From the NCBI GenBank assembly GCA_035938395.1, contig DASZGY010000137.1:1-63590 (forward strand): a DNA stretch of 63,590 nucleotides, read 5' to 3'. The notes under the pieces are model-generated. The model was not told the origin of the DNA. It was given only the letters and a program-made list of their open reading frames with translations, and did no database searches. Source of the stretch: Acidimicrobiia bacterium. GTDB lineage: Bacteria > Actinomycetota > Acidimicrobiia > IMCC26256 > JACDBD01. Shown here piece by piece: positions 1-11,670 of the stretch. The translations under genes were made by a program, and so were the position numbers. Position 1 is the stretch's first letter, and every line of letters begins with the position of its first letter.

Positions 1-146
1 CCGAGAAGGTCGGGGTGCACGACGAGGCCGGCTTCCGGCGGTGTCGTCGGTCGGGCGTGGATGGCGTCGACGGGCGTGCCGTCGCCGGCGACGAGGACGA
101 ACCGTTCGGAGCGTGCTTCGTGCGGTCCGGGAGAGAGGGCGCCCAT

Positions 147-1235
147 CTACACGTAGCGTTCGAGGATCGACGTCTCGGCCAGACGGGAGAGGCCTTCCTT
201 GATCGCCCGGCCGCGGGCCTCACCGACGCCTTCCACCTCGACGAGGTCGGACACGCCGGCGCGCATGATCTTCTGCAGGTTCGAGAACCGCTCGACCACG
301 TGGTCGGCGACGACCTCGGGGATCCTCGGGATCTTGTGCAGCAGCCGGAAGCCGCGCGGCTGGATCGGGGCGTCGAGGCTCACGTCGGCGGGGAGGTGGA
401 GCAACGACGCAACTTCCCGGAGGTCGAGCAGTGACTCGGTGTCGAGGTCGGCGAGCTTGACCATCACGTCGACGAGACCCCAGTCCGGCCCGTCGACGAA
501 GTAGTCCTTGGCGACGAGCCGGCGGTCGTCCTCGACGCCACCCATGGCCTCCTCGAGCTGGAGCAGGACGAGGCGGCCGTCGGCGCCGAGCTCGATCACG
601 TACCCCTCGATCTCCTCGGCGATGCGGCGCACCATCTCGGCCCGCTGCAGCACGGTGGCCACGTCGCGCACGGTCACGAGGTCCTCGACCTCGAGGGCCG
701 ACAGCGAGTTGCTGACCGCGTCGAGCCGCACCCGGTACCGCTCGAGGATCTGGACCGCACGGTCGGCCCGGCCGAGGACGCGTGGGATCGGCTCGAGCGT
801 GCGCTTGAGGCCGCGGCGGTGGACGGCGACCACGGACATGTCCTCGGAGACGGTGATGACGGGGACGTCGATCTGGCGGCCGACCCGCTCGGCGGTGCGG
901 TGGCGCGTGCCCGTCTCGGAGGTCGGGATGTTGGGATCGGGCACGAGGTGCACGTTGGCGCGGGCGACGCGGGACGAGTCCGAGGCGAGGATGATGGCGC
1001 CGTCCATCTTCGCCAGCTCCGACAGCCGCTGCGGCGTGAACTCGGCGTCGAGGAGGAAGCCACCCGAGCACACGTGCAGCACCTCGGGACCGTCGCCGAC
1101 GACGATCATCGCACCCATGCGGGCCTGGAGGATGCGGTCCAGTCCCTCCCGGAGCGGCGTCCCCGGCGCCACCAGGCGCAGGGAGTCGAGCATCGCTTCT
1201 GTCCGTGGTTGCGCGGGCACCGCAGGATCCTCCAA
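147..1235 (-). CDS. disA: DNA integrity scanning diadenylate cyclase DisA
   Basis: DAC motifs KMDGAII and GTRHRTA, C-terminal HhH (VEGVGEARGRAI). Start may be the ATG at 1193. Confidence 0.95.
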   Translation of the reverse strand: MEDPAVPAQPRTEAMLDSLRLVAPGTPLREGLDRILQARMGAMIVVGDGPEVLHVCSGGFLLDAEFTPQRLSELAKMDGAIILASDSSRVARANVHLVPDPNIPTSETGTRHRTAERVGRQIDVPVITVSEDMSVVAVHRRGLKRTLEPIPRVLGRADRAVQILERYRVRLDAVSNSLSALEVEDLVTVRDVATVLQRAEMVRRIAEEIEGYVIELGADGRLVLLQLEEAMGGVEDDRRLVAKDYFVDGPDWGLVDVMVKLADLDTESLLDLREVASLLHLPADVSLDAPIQPRGFRLLHKIPRIPEVVADHVVERFSNLQKIMRAGVSDLVEVEGVGEARGRAIKEGLSRLAETSILERYV

Positions 1236-1313
1236 GGTCTCGAACGGTCACCGCCCGCCCGTTCGAGAGGCCAACGATACCAACAACCGGATCGGAGGGG
1301 TCTGGAACCCCGG

Positions 1314-2060
1314 CTACCCGGGTGGACGCCCCCGCCGGTGTTGCCGGCGGCGGCGCACCTCACCCCCGATGAACACGACGACGCCGAGAACGCCGAGCAC
1401 GACCGCGCCGCCAAGAAGTAGCGCGCGCGTCGTGTCGAACTGCGTGGTCGTCGTGGCCAGGCTCACCTTCTTGCCCGGCTTCGGCTCCACCTGGGTCACG
1501 TCGCCCCCGGGGAACACGAACCGGATCCGCAGCCGGAACGCGTTGTTGATCTCCTGGGCGAGCCGCTGGTCGATCTGGGCGACGTCGACCCGCTGCCCCG
1601 TGAGCTGGGCGACGACGTCGGGGTCGCTGGCCACCCCGGCCGTGAGCCGCGAGAGGTCCGCCTCACCCTTGACCCTGTAGTCGGTGGACAGCAGGCCCCG
1701 ACTTCGCTCGAGCGTCACGCCTCGAAGGGGTCCGTCCTTGCCGCTGAGCTCGGCGACCACGCCCGCGAGCTCACCCGCGTTCGCGAAGTCCTTGCGCAGC
1801 GAGACGGTGGCGCTCCCGTCCGGCGCACGGCGCCACGGGGACACGGTCCAGCCCGCGGCCTGGAGATCACCCAGGCGTACCCGGTCCTCCAGCCTGCCGC
1901 CGCCGGCTTGCGCGTTCTGCACCGCGTCGGCGTCGAGCGCCACCCGGATCCGAACGCTCCCGCCGCCGTTGTCGTGGACGTCGATCGTCAGCGTCGTGTC
2001 GACCTTGCAGCCCGCGAGCAGGAGGCAGGTGGCAACGACGACAAGGAGTAGGCGACGCAT
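1314..2060 (-). CDS. Putative lipoprotein (LppM/DUF3153-like) with C-terminal TM anchor
   Basis: Lipobox LLLAGC after a basic/hydrophobic signal; C-terminal hydrophobic helix followed by an Arg-rich tail. Confidence 0.7.
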   Translation of the reverse strand: MRRLLLVVVATCLLLAGCKVDTTLTIDVHDNGGGSVRIRVALDADAVQNAQAGGGRLEDRVRLGDLQAAGWTVSPWRRAPDGSATVSLRKDFANAGELAGVVAELSGKDGPLRGVTLERSRGLLSTDYRVKGEADLSRLTAGVASDPDVVAQLTGQRVDVAQIDQRLAQEINNAFRLRIRFVFPGGDVTQVEPKPGKKVSLATTTTQFDTTRALLLGGAVVLGVLGVVVFIGGEVRRRRQHRRGRPPG

Positions 2061-2114
2061 CGGGCGCCGAGTCTGACATCAGCCCGCGCGGCGCAGGGCG
2101 CGCCGCGGCCGTCC

Positions 2115-4616
<2,502 letters not shown>

Positions 4617-4842
4617 CTGTCAACCACCTCTCGGGAGCGATTCAGCGTCCGCATCTCCCTGTACCCCATTCGGCACCGGGAACGACTTCGGACGCTGACT
4701 CCTGTTGCTCAGTGTATCGGGCAGGTCCCGGAATTCCGGGCTGTATCCGACGGACCCAGCGCCTGAATCCGTGCAATTGCCTGGATGTTCTTAGACAACC
4801 CCAGCTTGGAGTTTGTTCCCGCCGGACCGTAACGTCGGTCGT

Positions 4843-5820
4843 ATGGACCCGGTCCAGACGCTGGCGATCCCGTCGCTGGCGGGAGATCTGGCCCGGGTCG
4901 AGGACTCACTCCACGAGGCGGTCAGCACGCCCGACCGGTTCCTCGCCGACGTGGCCTCGCACCTGATCGGGGCGGGCGGGAAGCGCATCCGCCCGACGCT
5001 CACGCTGTGCGCGGCGTACGCCGCCGCCGACGGCGTGGGCCCGGCCGGCGCCGACGCCGTCACCGGGGCGGTGGCAATCGAGCTCGTCCACCAGGGTTCG
5101 CTGTACCACGACGACGTCATCGACGAGGCCGAGACGCGCCGCGGCGTGCCCAGCGTCAACGCGCGGTGGAGCAACATCGTGGCCATCCTTGCCGGCGACT
5201 TCCTGCTGGCCCGGGCGTCCGCATTGGCGGCGAGGCTGGGCGGGGACGTCGCCGAGATCCTGGCGAGCACGATCGCCGAGCTGTGCCGGGGCCAGGTGCT
5301 CGAGCTCCAGCACCTCTTCGACGTCGACCGGAGCGAGGAGGGCTACAGCTCGGCGATCGAGGGGAAGACGGCATCGCTGTTCGGGACGTCGTGCCGCGTC
5401 GGGGGGATGGTGTCCGGCGTCGCCGAGCCGACGCTCGACGCGCTCACGCGCTACGGGTTCCACCTCGGCATGTGCTTCCAGATCGTCGACGACGTTCTCG
5501 ACATCACCGCCACCGACGCCGCGCTCGGCAAGCCCGCCGGCCAGGACCTCGTCGAGGGCGTGTACACGTTGCCGGTGATCCACGCGATCGCGTCGAGCCC
5601 GGCGTTACGCGAGCGGCTCGGTCACCCGCTCGACGCCGGGCAGCTCGCCGAGGTACGGCGACTGGCGAGCGCCGACGGCGCGATCGACGCCGCGCTCGGC
5701 AAGGCGCGTGATCACGCCGCCAAGGCCGGCGACGCGCTCGAGGGCGCCGAAGGGCTCGCACCCGACGTGTGCGACGCACTGACCCGCCTGGTGGGCGGGC
5801 TCGTCGACCGCGAGAGCTAG
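4843..5820 (+). CDS. Long-chain trans-polyprenyl diphosphate synthase
   Basis: GGKRIRP, FARM (LYHDDVID) and SARM (QIVDDVLD); small residues before FARM suggest a long-chain product. ATG at 4843 preferred to 4813. Confidence 0.92.
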   Translation: MDPVQTLAIPSLAGDLARVEDSLHEAVSTPDRFLADVASHLIGAGGKRIRPTLTLCAAYAAADGVGPAGADAVTGAVAIELVHQGSLYHDDVIDEAETRRGVPSVNARWSNIVAILAGDFLLARASALAARLGGDVAEILASTIAELCRGQVLELQHLFDVDRSEEGYSSAIEGKTASLFGTSCRVGGMVSGVAEPTLDALTRYGFHLGMCFQIVDDVLDITATDAALGKPAGQDLVEGVYTLPVIHAIASSPALRERLGHPLDAGQLAEVRRLASADGAIDAALGKARDHAAKAGDALEGAEGLAPDVCDALTRLVGGLVDRES

Positions 5821-6659
5821 GCGCTCGCGGCCTGGACGTCGCTCCCGGCGTCGAGGCCGCTCACCCGGTCGAGGAAGTCGAGCACGGTGTCGTTGAAGCC
5901 GTTCGGCGACTCGACCATGAGCCCGTGGGCGGCGCCGCGTAGCTCGACCAGCCGCGCGTACGGGATCATCTCGGCGAGCTCCTCGGCGTCGCCGATGGGA
6001 GTGAGCGCGTCCTGCGAGCCCGTGATCACGAGCGCGGGAACGCGCACGTTGCAGAGCTCGAAACGGAGGTCGTCCGGAGCGTCGAGGATGGCGTGCACCT
6101 GGCCGGCGAACCCGTCGGGGTCGGCGCGCACGAGGATGCGGGCGAGGATGTTCAACCAGATCCCGAAGCGCCGGCGCAGGCGGGGGCCGACGAGCCAGCG
6201 CAACGCCTCGTCGTTGAGGCCGGCCGAGCCGCGCTCCTGCACTGCGTCGGCCCACTCCTGGAGCACCTCCCGGCGCCAGGGATGGTGACGGCACGACGTG
6301 CACGCCAGCACGAGCGATCGCGTGCGCTCGGGGTGCATGACGGCGATGACCTGCGCGATCACGCCGCCCATCGACGCGCCGACGATGTGCGCCGACTCGA
6401 CGCCCTCGGCGTCGAGCACGGCCAGTGCGTCGTCGGCCATCTGCTCGAGCGAGTACGGCCGGGACGTGGGGCCCGTGTGCCCGACGCCGCGGTTGTCGGG
6501 CGCGAAGCAGCGGTAGTGCCGGCCGAACGCCATGCGCTGAAGCGCCCAGCCCCGGGAGTCGGTCCCGAGGCCTTGGATCAGGAGAACCGGCGGGCCGTCT
6601 CGGCGACCCCAGACGTCGTAGAAGATCTCGACGCCGTCGTCGGAGGTGACCTGCTTCAC
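5817..6659 (-). CDS. Alpha/beta-fold hydrolase (enol-lactonase-like)
   Basis: Nucleophile elbow GASMGG, DNRGVG, GSQD acid and C-terminal His (AAHG). Confidence 0.9.
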   Translation of the reverse strand: MKQVTSDDGVEIFYDVWGRRDGPPVLLIQGLGTDSRGWALQRMAFGRHYRCFAPDNRGVGHTGPTSRPYSLEQMADDALAVLDAEGVESAHIVGASMGGVIAQVIAVMHPERTRSLVLACTSCRHHPWRREVLQEWADAVQERGSAGLNDEALRWLVGPRLRRRFGIWLNILARILVRADPDGFAGQVHAILDAPDDLRFELCNVRVPALVITGSQDALTPIGDAEELAEMIPYARLVELRGAAHGLMVESPNGFNDTVLDFLDRVSGLDAGSDVQAASA

Positions 6660-6779
6660 CGCTCCCTCCGCTTGCTCAGCGCGAACGAACGTTCGCGTCA
6701 GTACACCGAGAATCTACCTGACGGCAACGTCGCCGAATAGCTCTCTGTTCCGAAGGGAACTAGTCAATCTTGCCCGGCG

Positions 6780-7475
6780 TCAACCGGAGCTGCGCGCACC
6801 CTCGAGCAGGCGGTTGACGGCGCCACGCGTCCGCTCGGCCAGCTCGGCGCCGGCGAGGGTGTCGCCGGGGACGGCGTCGGTCGCGGTCTCGACCACGGAC
6901 CCGACGATCACGCGCCACGGCCGGATCGGGAGCGGGCCGGGACCGCCGGGGAGCACGGCCGCCGGCACCACCGGGTAGCCGAGGATGGCGGCGAGGAGCT
7001 CGCGCGGCGGGGCGCCGGCCCCGGAACGCAGCCACGTCGACGCGAGTGGGGCGGCCGCCAGGTGCCCGGCCCGCAACAGCGCGGCGACGTCGTCGGCGCG
7101 GTACCCGACGGCGCCGATCTTGCGGAGGATGTCACCCAGGACGGGCGTGTCGGGCGCGCCGATGACTCGCAGCCGGCGACCCACCGCGACGCGGACGGCG
7201 ACGGCGAGCGCGGCGGGCTCGACGAGTCCCAGCCCGCGATTGGCCACGAGGAGCGCGCCGCCGATGCGCGGGAGGCGCTCGGCGTGCTCGACCTCGACGC
7301 GCACACCGAACGCGACCACGAGCCCGGCGAGGTCCATGAGCTGCGCGTCGCCGCCGAAGGCGTCGATGTGGAACTCCCCGTCGAAACGGCGGCGCGCGAA
7401 CGCGAGCGGCGACTCGAGCGCCTGGACGCGGTCGTCCTCGGTGAGGCCGTAGGCGGTATCGGGTGATGCGCTCAC
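6780..7475 (-). CDS. PlsC-like acyltransferase-family protein with degenerate motifs (Rv0502-like)
   Basis: GTG start overlaps the upstream TGA (GTGA); FHIDAFGGD and VEHAERLPRIGGALLVAN segments; HX4D is replaced by NRGLGLVE. Confidence 0.65.
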   Translation of the reverse strand: MSASPDTAYGLTEDDRVQALESPLAFARRRFDGEFHIDAFGGDAQLMDLAGLVVAFGVRVEVEHAERLPRIGGALLVANRGLGLVEPAALAVAVRVAVGRRLRVIGAPDTPVLGDILRKIGAVGYRADDVAALLRAGHLAAAPLASTWLRSGAGAPPRELLAAILGYPVVPAAVLPGGPGPLPIRPWRVIVGSVVETATDAVPGDTLAGAELAERTRGAVNRLLEGARSSG

Positions 7476-8434
7476 GCGACGTCCTCGGCCGGGTGGAGCT
7501 GGCTCACCGTGCCCCACTCGTACAGCTCGGTGCAGATCTCGAGCGTGGACCGCAGCCCCGGGAGCGACAGGACATCGCGCGCGTGCGTGCCGTCGCCGGC
7601 CCGTCCCTGGCGCAGCAGCTCGACGACGTGCGGCGGCACGGGCGCGCCGGCGATCTCGGCGATGCGCCGGGCGGCGTCCCACCCCGGCCCCAGCACCGGG
7701 ATCGGGATGCGCCCACCGAGCCGCGCCGCCTGCCACGGGCTCGCCGCGCCCCGTCCGACCACGTTGACCGGTCCGTCGACGCTGCGCATGACCGCCTCGA
7801 CCATCGCCCGCGCCGCGTCGTCCTGATGCAGGAGCACGAAGGCGGGATCGGCCAGCGCCGGAACCGGCACCAACGGCAGACGCAGGACCCGGCCCAACGG
7901 GCTCGGCACGTGCGAACCGACGACGGGCGCCAACCGGAGGGCCGCCACCGGGATGCCGAGGCGCCGCACGAGCGCGGCCGCCAGGGTCTCGACCTCGAGG
8001 CAGGTCCGTCCGTATGGAGACGTCGGCGCGAGCGGCGCGTCCTCGGCCGGCACCACGGGGCGTCCTCGGCCCCGGCCGTACACCTCGAGACCGCTGCGGA
8101 CCGCGAGCCGCTCGAGCCGGCCCGTCTCCGCCGCCGCCGTGAGCACGTGCACGGTGCACGCCTCGCTCGCCTCGGCCGCCTCCCGTCCGCCGAGACGTGA
8201 GTCGGGCTCGTAGACGCCGTAGTGGATGACGATCTCGGGCGCGAAATCGTGGACGAATTCGGTGATGCGCGCCTGGTCGTCCGGCTCGATGCGGTGAAAC
8301 TCGCTGCGGCGCAGGCGGCGCCGCGGCGGCCAGATGTCGAAGCCGGCGATCTCGCTCGCTTCGTCGCGCTCCTCGAGCAGCTGCGCGACGCGCGTGCCCA
8401 GCTCGCCGCCCATGCCGGTCACCAGGACGCGCAT
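7472..8434 (-). CDS. NAD-dependent epimerase/dehydratase-family protein (Rv0501-like)
   Basis: MRVLVTGMGGELG Rossmann start; ATG overlaps the lysS stop (TGATG). Confidence 0.8.
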   Translation of the reverse strand: MRVLVTGMGGELGTRVAQLLEERDEASEIAGFDIWPPRRRLRRSEFHRIEPDDQARITEFVHDFAPEIVIHYGVYEPDSRLGGREAAEASEACTVHVLTAAAETGRLERLAVRSGLEVYGRGRGRPVVPAEDAPLAPTSPYGRTCLEVETLAAALVRRLGIPVAALRLAPVVGSHVPSPLGRVLRLPLVPVPALADPAFVLLHQDDAARAMVEAVMRSVDGPVNVVGRGAASPWQAARLGGRIPIPVLGPGWDAARRIAEIAGAPVPPHVVELLRQGRAGDGTHARDVLSLPGLRSTLEICTELYEWGTVSQLHPAEDVA

Positions 8435-9918
8435 CAGCTCTCCCCCGCCTCGGGCCGCAGTTGCGGGAACAGGATGACGTCGCGGATCGTGGTCACGCCG
8501 GCGAGCAGCATCACGAGCCGGTCGACGCCGATGCCGAGACCGCCGCACGGGGGCAGCCCGAACTCGAGCGCGCGCACGTAGTCCTCGTCGACGTCCATCG
8601 CCTCCTGTTCGCCGCGGGCGCGCAGCGCAGCCTGCTCTTCCAAGCGCGCCCGTTGGTCGACAGGATCGGTCAGCTCGCTGAACGCGTTCACGAGCTCGCG
8701 GCGAAGCACCACGACCTCGAAGCGCTCGACGAGATACGGGTCGTCCCGATGCGTCCGGGCGAGCGGCGAGACCTCCCGCGGATAGTCGCAGACGATGATC
8801 GGGCCGACGAGGTTGGGCTCGACCGTCTTCTCGTAGATCTCCATGACGAGCATCCCCGGCCCCCAGCCCGGCTGGTGGGGCACGTCGAGGTCGTCGCAGA
8901 TGCGCTCCAGCTTCTCGGCCGGCATCGAAGGATGGACGTCGACGCCGGCGTGCTCACGGATCAACGACAGCATCGGCCGGCGTGGCCACGGCGGGGTCAC
9001 GTCGACCGCAGCGTCGCCTGTCCCGACCCGTGTGGTCCCTACCGACGTGTGCGCCGCGTGCGCGACGAGCTGCTCGGTCAGGTCCATCATGTCGGTGTAG
9101 TCGGCGAACGCCTCGTAGGCCTCGAGCATCGTGAACTCGGGGTTGTAGCGAGTGCCCAGCCCCTCGTTGCGGAACACCCGTCCGATCTCGAACACCTTCT
9201 CGTATCCGCCGACGAGTAGGCGCTTGAGGGGAAGTTCGAGCGCGATCCGAAGTGTGAGATCGAGATCGAGCGCGTTGTGGTGCGTGAAGAAGGGCTTGGC
9301 CGTCGCGCCGCCGATGACCTCATTGAGGACCGGGGTCTCCACCTCGACGAACCCTCGCTCCTTGAGAAACGATCGGAGGGCGTCGATGGCGGTGACGCGC
9401 ACCTCGAACACGCGCCGGGCTTCCTCGTTCACGATGAGGTCGACGTAGCGCTGGCGGAACCGGGTGTCGACGTCGGCGAGGCCGTGCCACTTGTCCGGCA
9501 GTGGTCGCAATGCCTTGGCGAGGAGCTCGAACCCCGTGACCTTGACCGAGAGCTCGCCCTTCTTCGTCTTCATGACGGTGCCCTCGGCGCCGACCCAGTC
9601 GCCGAGGTCGAGGTCGTCGAAGGCGGCGTGGCGTTCGTCGCCGATCACCGCCAGAGACACGAACAGTTGGACGGTTCCAGTGCCGTCTCGCAGGGTGGCG
9701 AACGTGAGCTTGCCCTGACGTCGGATCAGCATCAGCCGTCCTGCCACCCGCACGGTGTCGTCGACCTCGGCTCCGGCGTCGATGGCTCCGTACGCCGCGT
9801 GCAGCTCGGCCGTCGTGTGGGTCCGGTCGAAGCGCACCGGGTAGGGATCGCGCCCCTGCGCGCGCTCGGCCTCGACCTTGGCGAGGCGGCGCGCCCGCTC
9901 GTCCTGGAGTTCGCTCAA
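8434..9918 (-). CDS. lysS: Lysine--tRNA ligase (class II)
   Basis: YPVRFDRTH, FRNEG motif 2, GGLGIGVDRL motif 3. Confidence 0.97.
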   Translation of the reverse strand: MSELQDERARRLAKVEAERAQGRDPYPVRFDRTHTTAELHAAYGAIDAGAEVDDTVRVAGRLMLIRRQGKLTFATLRDGTGTVQLFVSLAVIGDERHAAFDDLDLGDWVGAEGTVMKTKKGELSVKVTGFELLAKALRPLPDKWHGLADVDTRFRQRYVDLIVNEEARRVFEVRVTAIDALRSFLKERGFVEVETPVLNEVIGGATAKPFFTHHNALDLDLTLRIALELPLKRLLVGGYEKVFEIGRVFRNEGLGTRYNPEFTMLEAYEAFADYTDMMDLTEQLVAHAAHTSVGTTRVGTGDAAVDVTPPWPRRPMLSLIREHAGVDVHPSMPAEKLERICDDLDVPHQPGWGPGMLVMEIYEKTVEPNLVGPIIVCDYPREVSPLARTHRDDPYLVERFEVVVLRRELVNAFSELTDPVDQRARLEEQAALRARGEQEAMDVDEDYVRALEFGLPPCGGLGIGVDRLVMLLAGVTTIRDVILFPQLRPEAGES

Positions 9919-10679
9919 CGGTTCCTCTCGAACACGATCCGCAGCCCGTGGAGGGTGAGCCAGGGCTCATTGTGCTGGATCGTGCGGGAGAACGGGACGA
10001 TGAGCTCGGCGAGCCCGCCGGTGGCCACCACCGTGCAGTCTCCCAGCTCGGCCTGGAACCGCTCGACGAGCGCGTCGATCTGCCCGGTGAAGCCGTAGAC
10101 GGCACCCGACTGCACCGATTCCATCGTCGACTTGCCGATCACGTTCTTCGGCGGCACGAGCTCGACGCGCCGGAGGGCGGCGGCATGGGCGAACAATGCG
10201 TCCATCGAGATCTCGATGCCGGGGAAGATCGCGCCGCCGAGGTACTCGCCCTTCTCGCTGATCGCCTCGATGGTGTTGGCGGTGCCGAAGTCGACGACGA
10301 TCGACGGGCCGCCGTACAGGTCGTACGCGGCCACCGCGTTGGCGATGCGGTCGGGCCCGACCTCCTTGGGGTTGTCGTACAGGATCGGCATGCCGCTGCG
10401 GACACCCGGCTCGACGACCATTGCGTCGAACCCGAAGTAGCGGCGGGTCATGAGCCGCAGCGCCGCCGTCACCCGCGGCACGCCGGACGCGATCGCCACG
10501 CCCGTCACCTGGGCGTCGAACGAGAAGCCGTGGAAGCCGAGGAACTGCTGGATCATCAACGCCAGCTCGTCCTCGGTGCGGTCGGCGACGGTCGCGATGC
10601 GCCAGTGGTCGGCCAGCTCGCTGTCGTCGAACAGGCCGATGACAGTCTGGGTGTTGCCGGCGTCGATCGCGAGCAGCAC
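9915..10679 (-). CDS. coaX: Type III pantothenate kinase
   Basis: MLLAIDAGNT, VGPDR, VVDFGTA. Confidence 0.96.
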   Translation of the reverse strand: MLLAIDAGNTQTVIGLFDDSELADHWRIATVADRTEDELALMIQQFLGFHGFSFDAQVTGVAIASGVPRVTAALRLMTRRYFGFDAMVVEPGVRSGMPILYDNPKEVGPDRIANAVAAYDLYGGPSIVVDFGTANTIEAISEKGEYLGGAIFPGIEISMDALFAHAAALRRVELVPPKNVIGKSTMESVQSGAVYGFTGQIDALVERFQAELGDCTVVATGGLAELIVPFSRTIQHNEPWLTLHGLRIVFERNR

Positions 10680-10682
10680 CGG

Positions 10683-11543
10683 TCAGCCCTCGCCCTCGAC
10701 GTCGAGGCCGAGGTCGAGCGCCGGCGCCGACTGCGTGATCGCGCTCGTCGAGATCAGGTCCGGGCCGGCGGCCGCGTACTCGGCGACCGTCTCGAGCGTG
10801 ACGCGGCCGGAGACCTCGACAAGGACACCGGGGCGACTGCTCGTGCGCACGAGCGCCACGCACTTCTTGACCTGCGCGGCCGTCATGTTGTCGAGCATCA
10901 CGATGCCGGCCCCGGCTTCGACTGCTTCCGCCACCTGCTCGGGCCGTTCGCACTCGACCTCGACGGTGCGGCCCGGCCAGCGGTCGCTCGCCGCCTGCAC
11001 CGACTTCTCGATGCCGAGCGCGACGAGGTGGTTGTCCTTGATCAGGAGCGCGTCCGACAGGGACGCCCGGTGGTTGTGCCCGCCGCCGGCGCGCACCGCC
11101 GCCTTCTCGAGCGCCCGCAGCCCGGGCAGCGTCTTGCGGGTGTCGAGGACCCGCACCCCGCCCCCGGCGGCCTGGACGAACGCGCGGGTCAGCGTTGCGA
11201 CACCCGCCAGGTGACAGAGGAAGTTGAGCGCGGTGCGCTCGCCGCTCAGGATCGATCGCATCCGCCCGAAGACCCGGCCGAGCTCGTGGCCGGCCGCGAC
11301 CGGGTCGCCGTCCTGAACCCGCCACGTCACGGTGACGTCGGGATCGAGCTGCCGGTACACCTCGTCCACCGCCTGCGTCCCCGCCAGGACGCCTTGCTCA
11401 CGGGCGACGAAGTGGCCGGTGGCGAGGGCGGCGTCGGGGATGATCGCCTGCGACGTGAGATCGCCGAGCACGCCCAGGTCCTCGTCGAGGGCGACGGCGA
11501 CGGCCTCGCGCAGCGGACCGACGGCCGCGTCGGCGTCCGTCAC
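10683..11543 (-). CDS. nadC: Nicotinate-nucleotide diphosphorylase (QAPRTase)
   Basis: DEDLG, DTRKTLPGLR, HRASLSD, LIKDNH, MLDNM; GTG start with an AGGAGG RBS. Confidence 0.95.
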   Translation of the reverse strand: MTDADAAVGPLREAVAVALDEDLGVLGDLTSQAIIPDAALATGHFVAREQGVLAGTQAVDEVYRQLDPDVTVTWRVQDGDPVAAGHELGRVFGRMRSILSGERTALNFLCHLAGVATLTRAFVQAAGGGVRVLDTRKTLPGLRALEKAAVRAGGGHNHRASLSDALLIKDNHLVALGIEKSVQAASDRWPGRTVEVECERPEQVAEAVEAGAGIVMLDNMTAAQVKKCVALVRTSSRPGVLVEVSGRVTLETVAEYAAAGPDLISTSAITQSAPALDLGLDVEGEG

Positions 11544-11550
11544 CGCTCCT

Positions 11551-11668
11551 CCTCTTGCGCCGTCGCAAGCTCCGGCTCTGCTCTGCTGAGTCGCTCTCGC
11601 AGGCTCCCGCTCCTGCGACTGCAGTCGGCCAAGCCGCCGCCGTCGCGGGTGACGGTCAGCAAAGCCGC
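11551..11668. repeat. Cluster of REP-like GC-rich hairpin units between nadB and nadC
   Basis: CGCCGTCGCAAGCTCCGGCT (20 bp) is identical to 56241-56260; hairpin TCGCAGG-ctcccgct-CCTGCGA; GCAAAGCCGCCGTC is also shared with the 56.27 kb copy. Confidence 0.6.
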
Positions 11669-11670
11669 CG

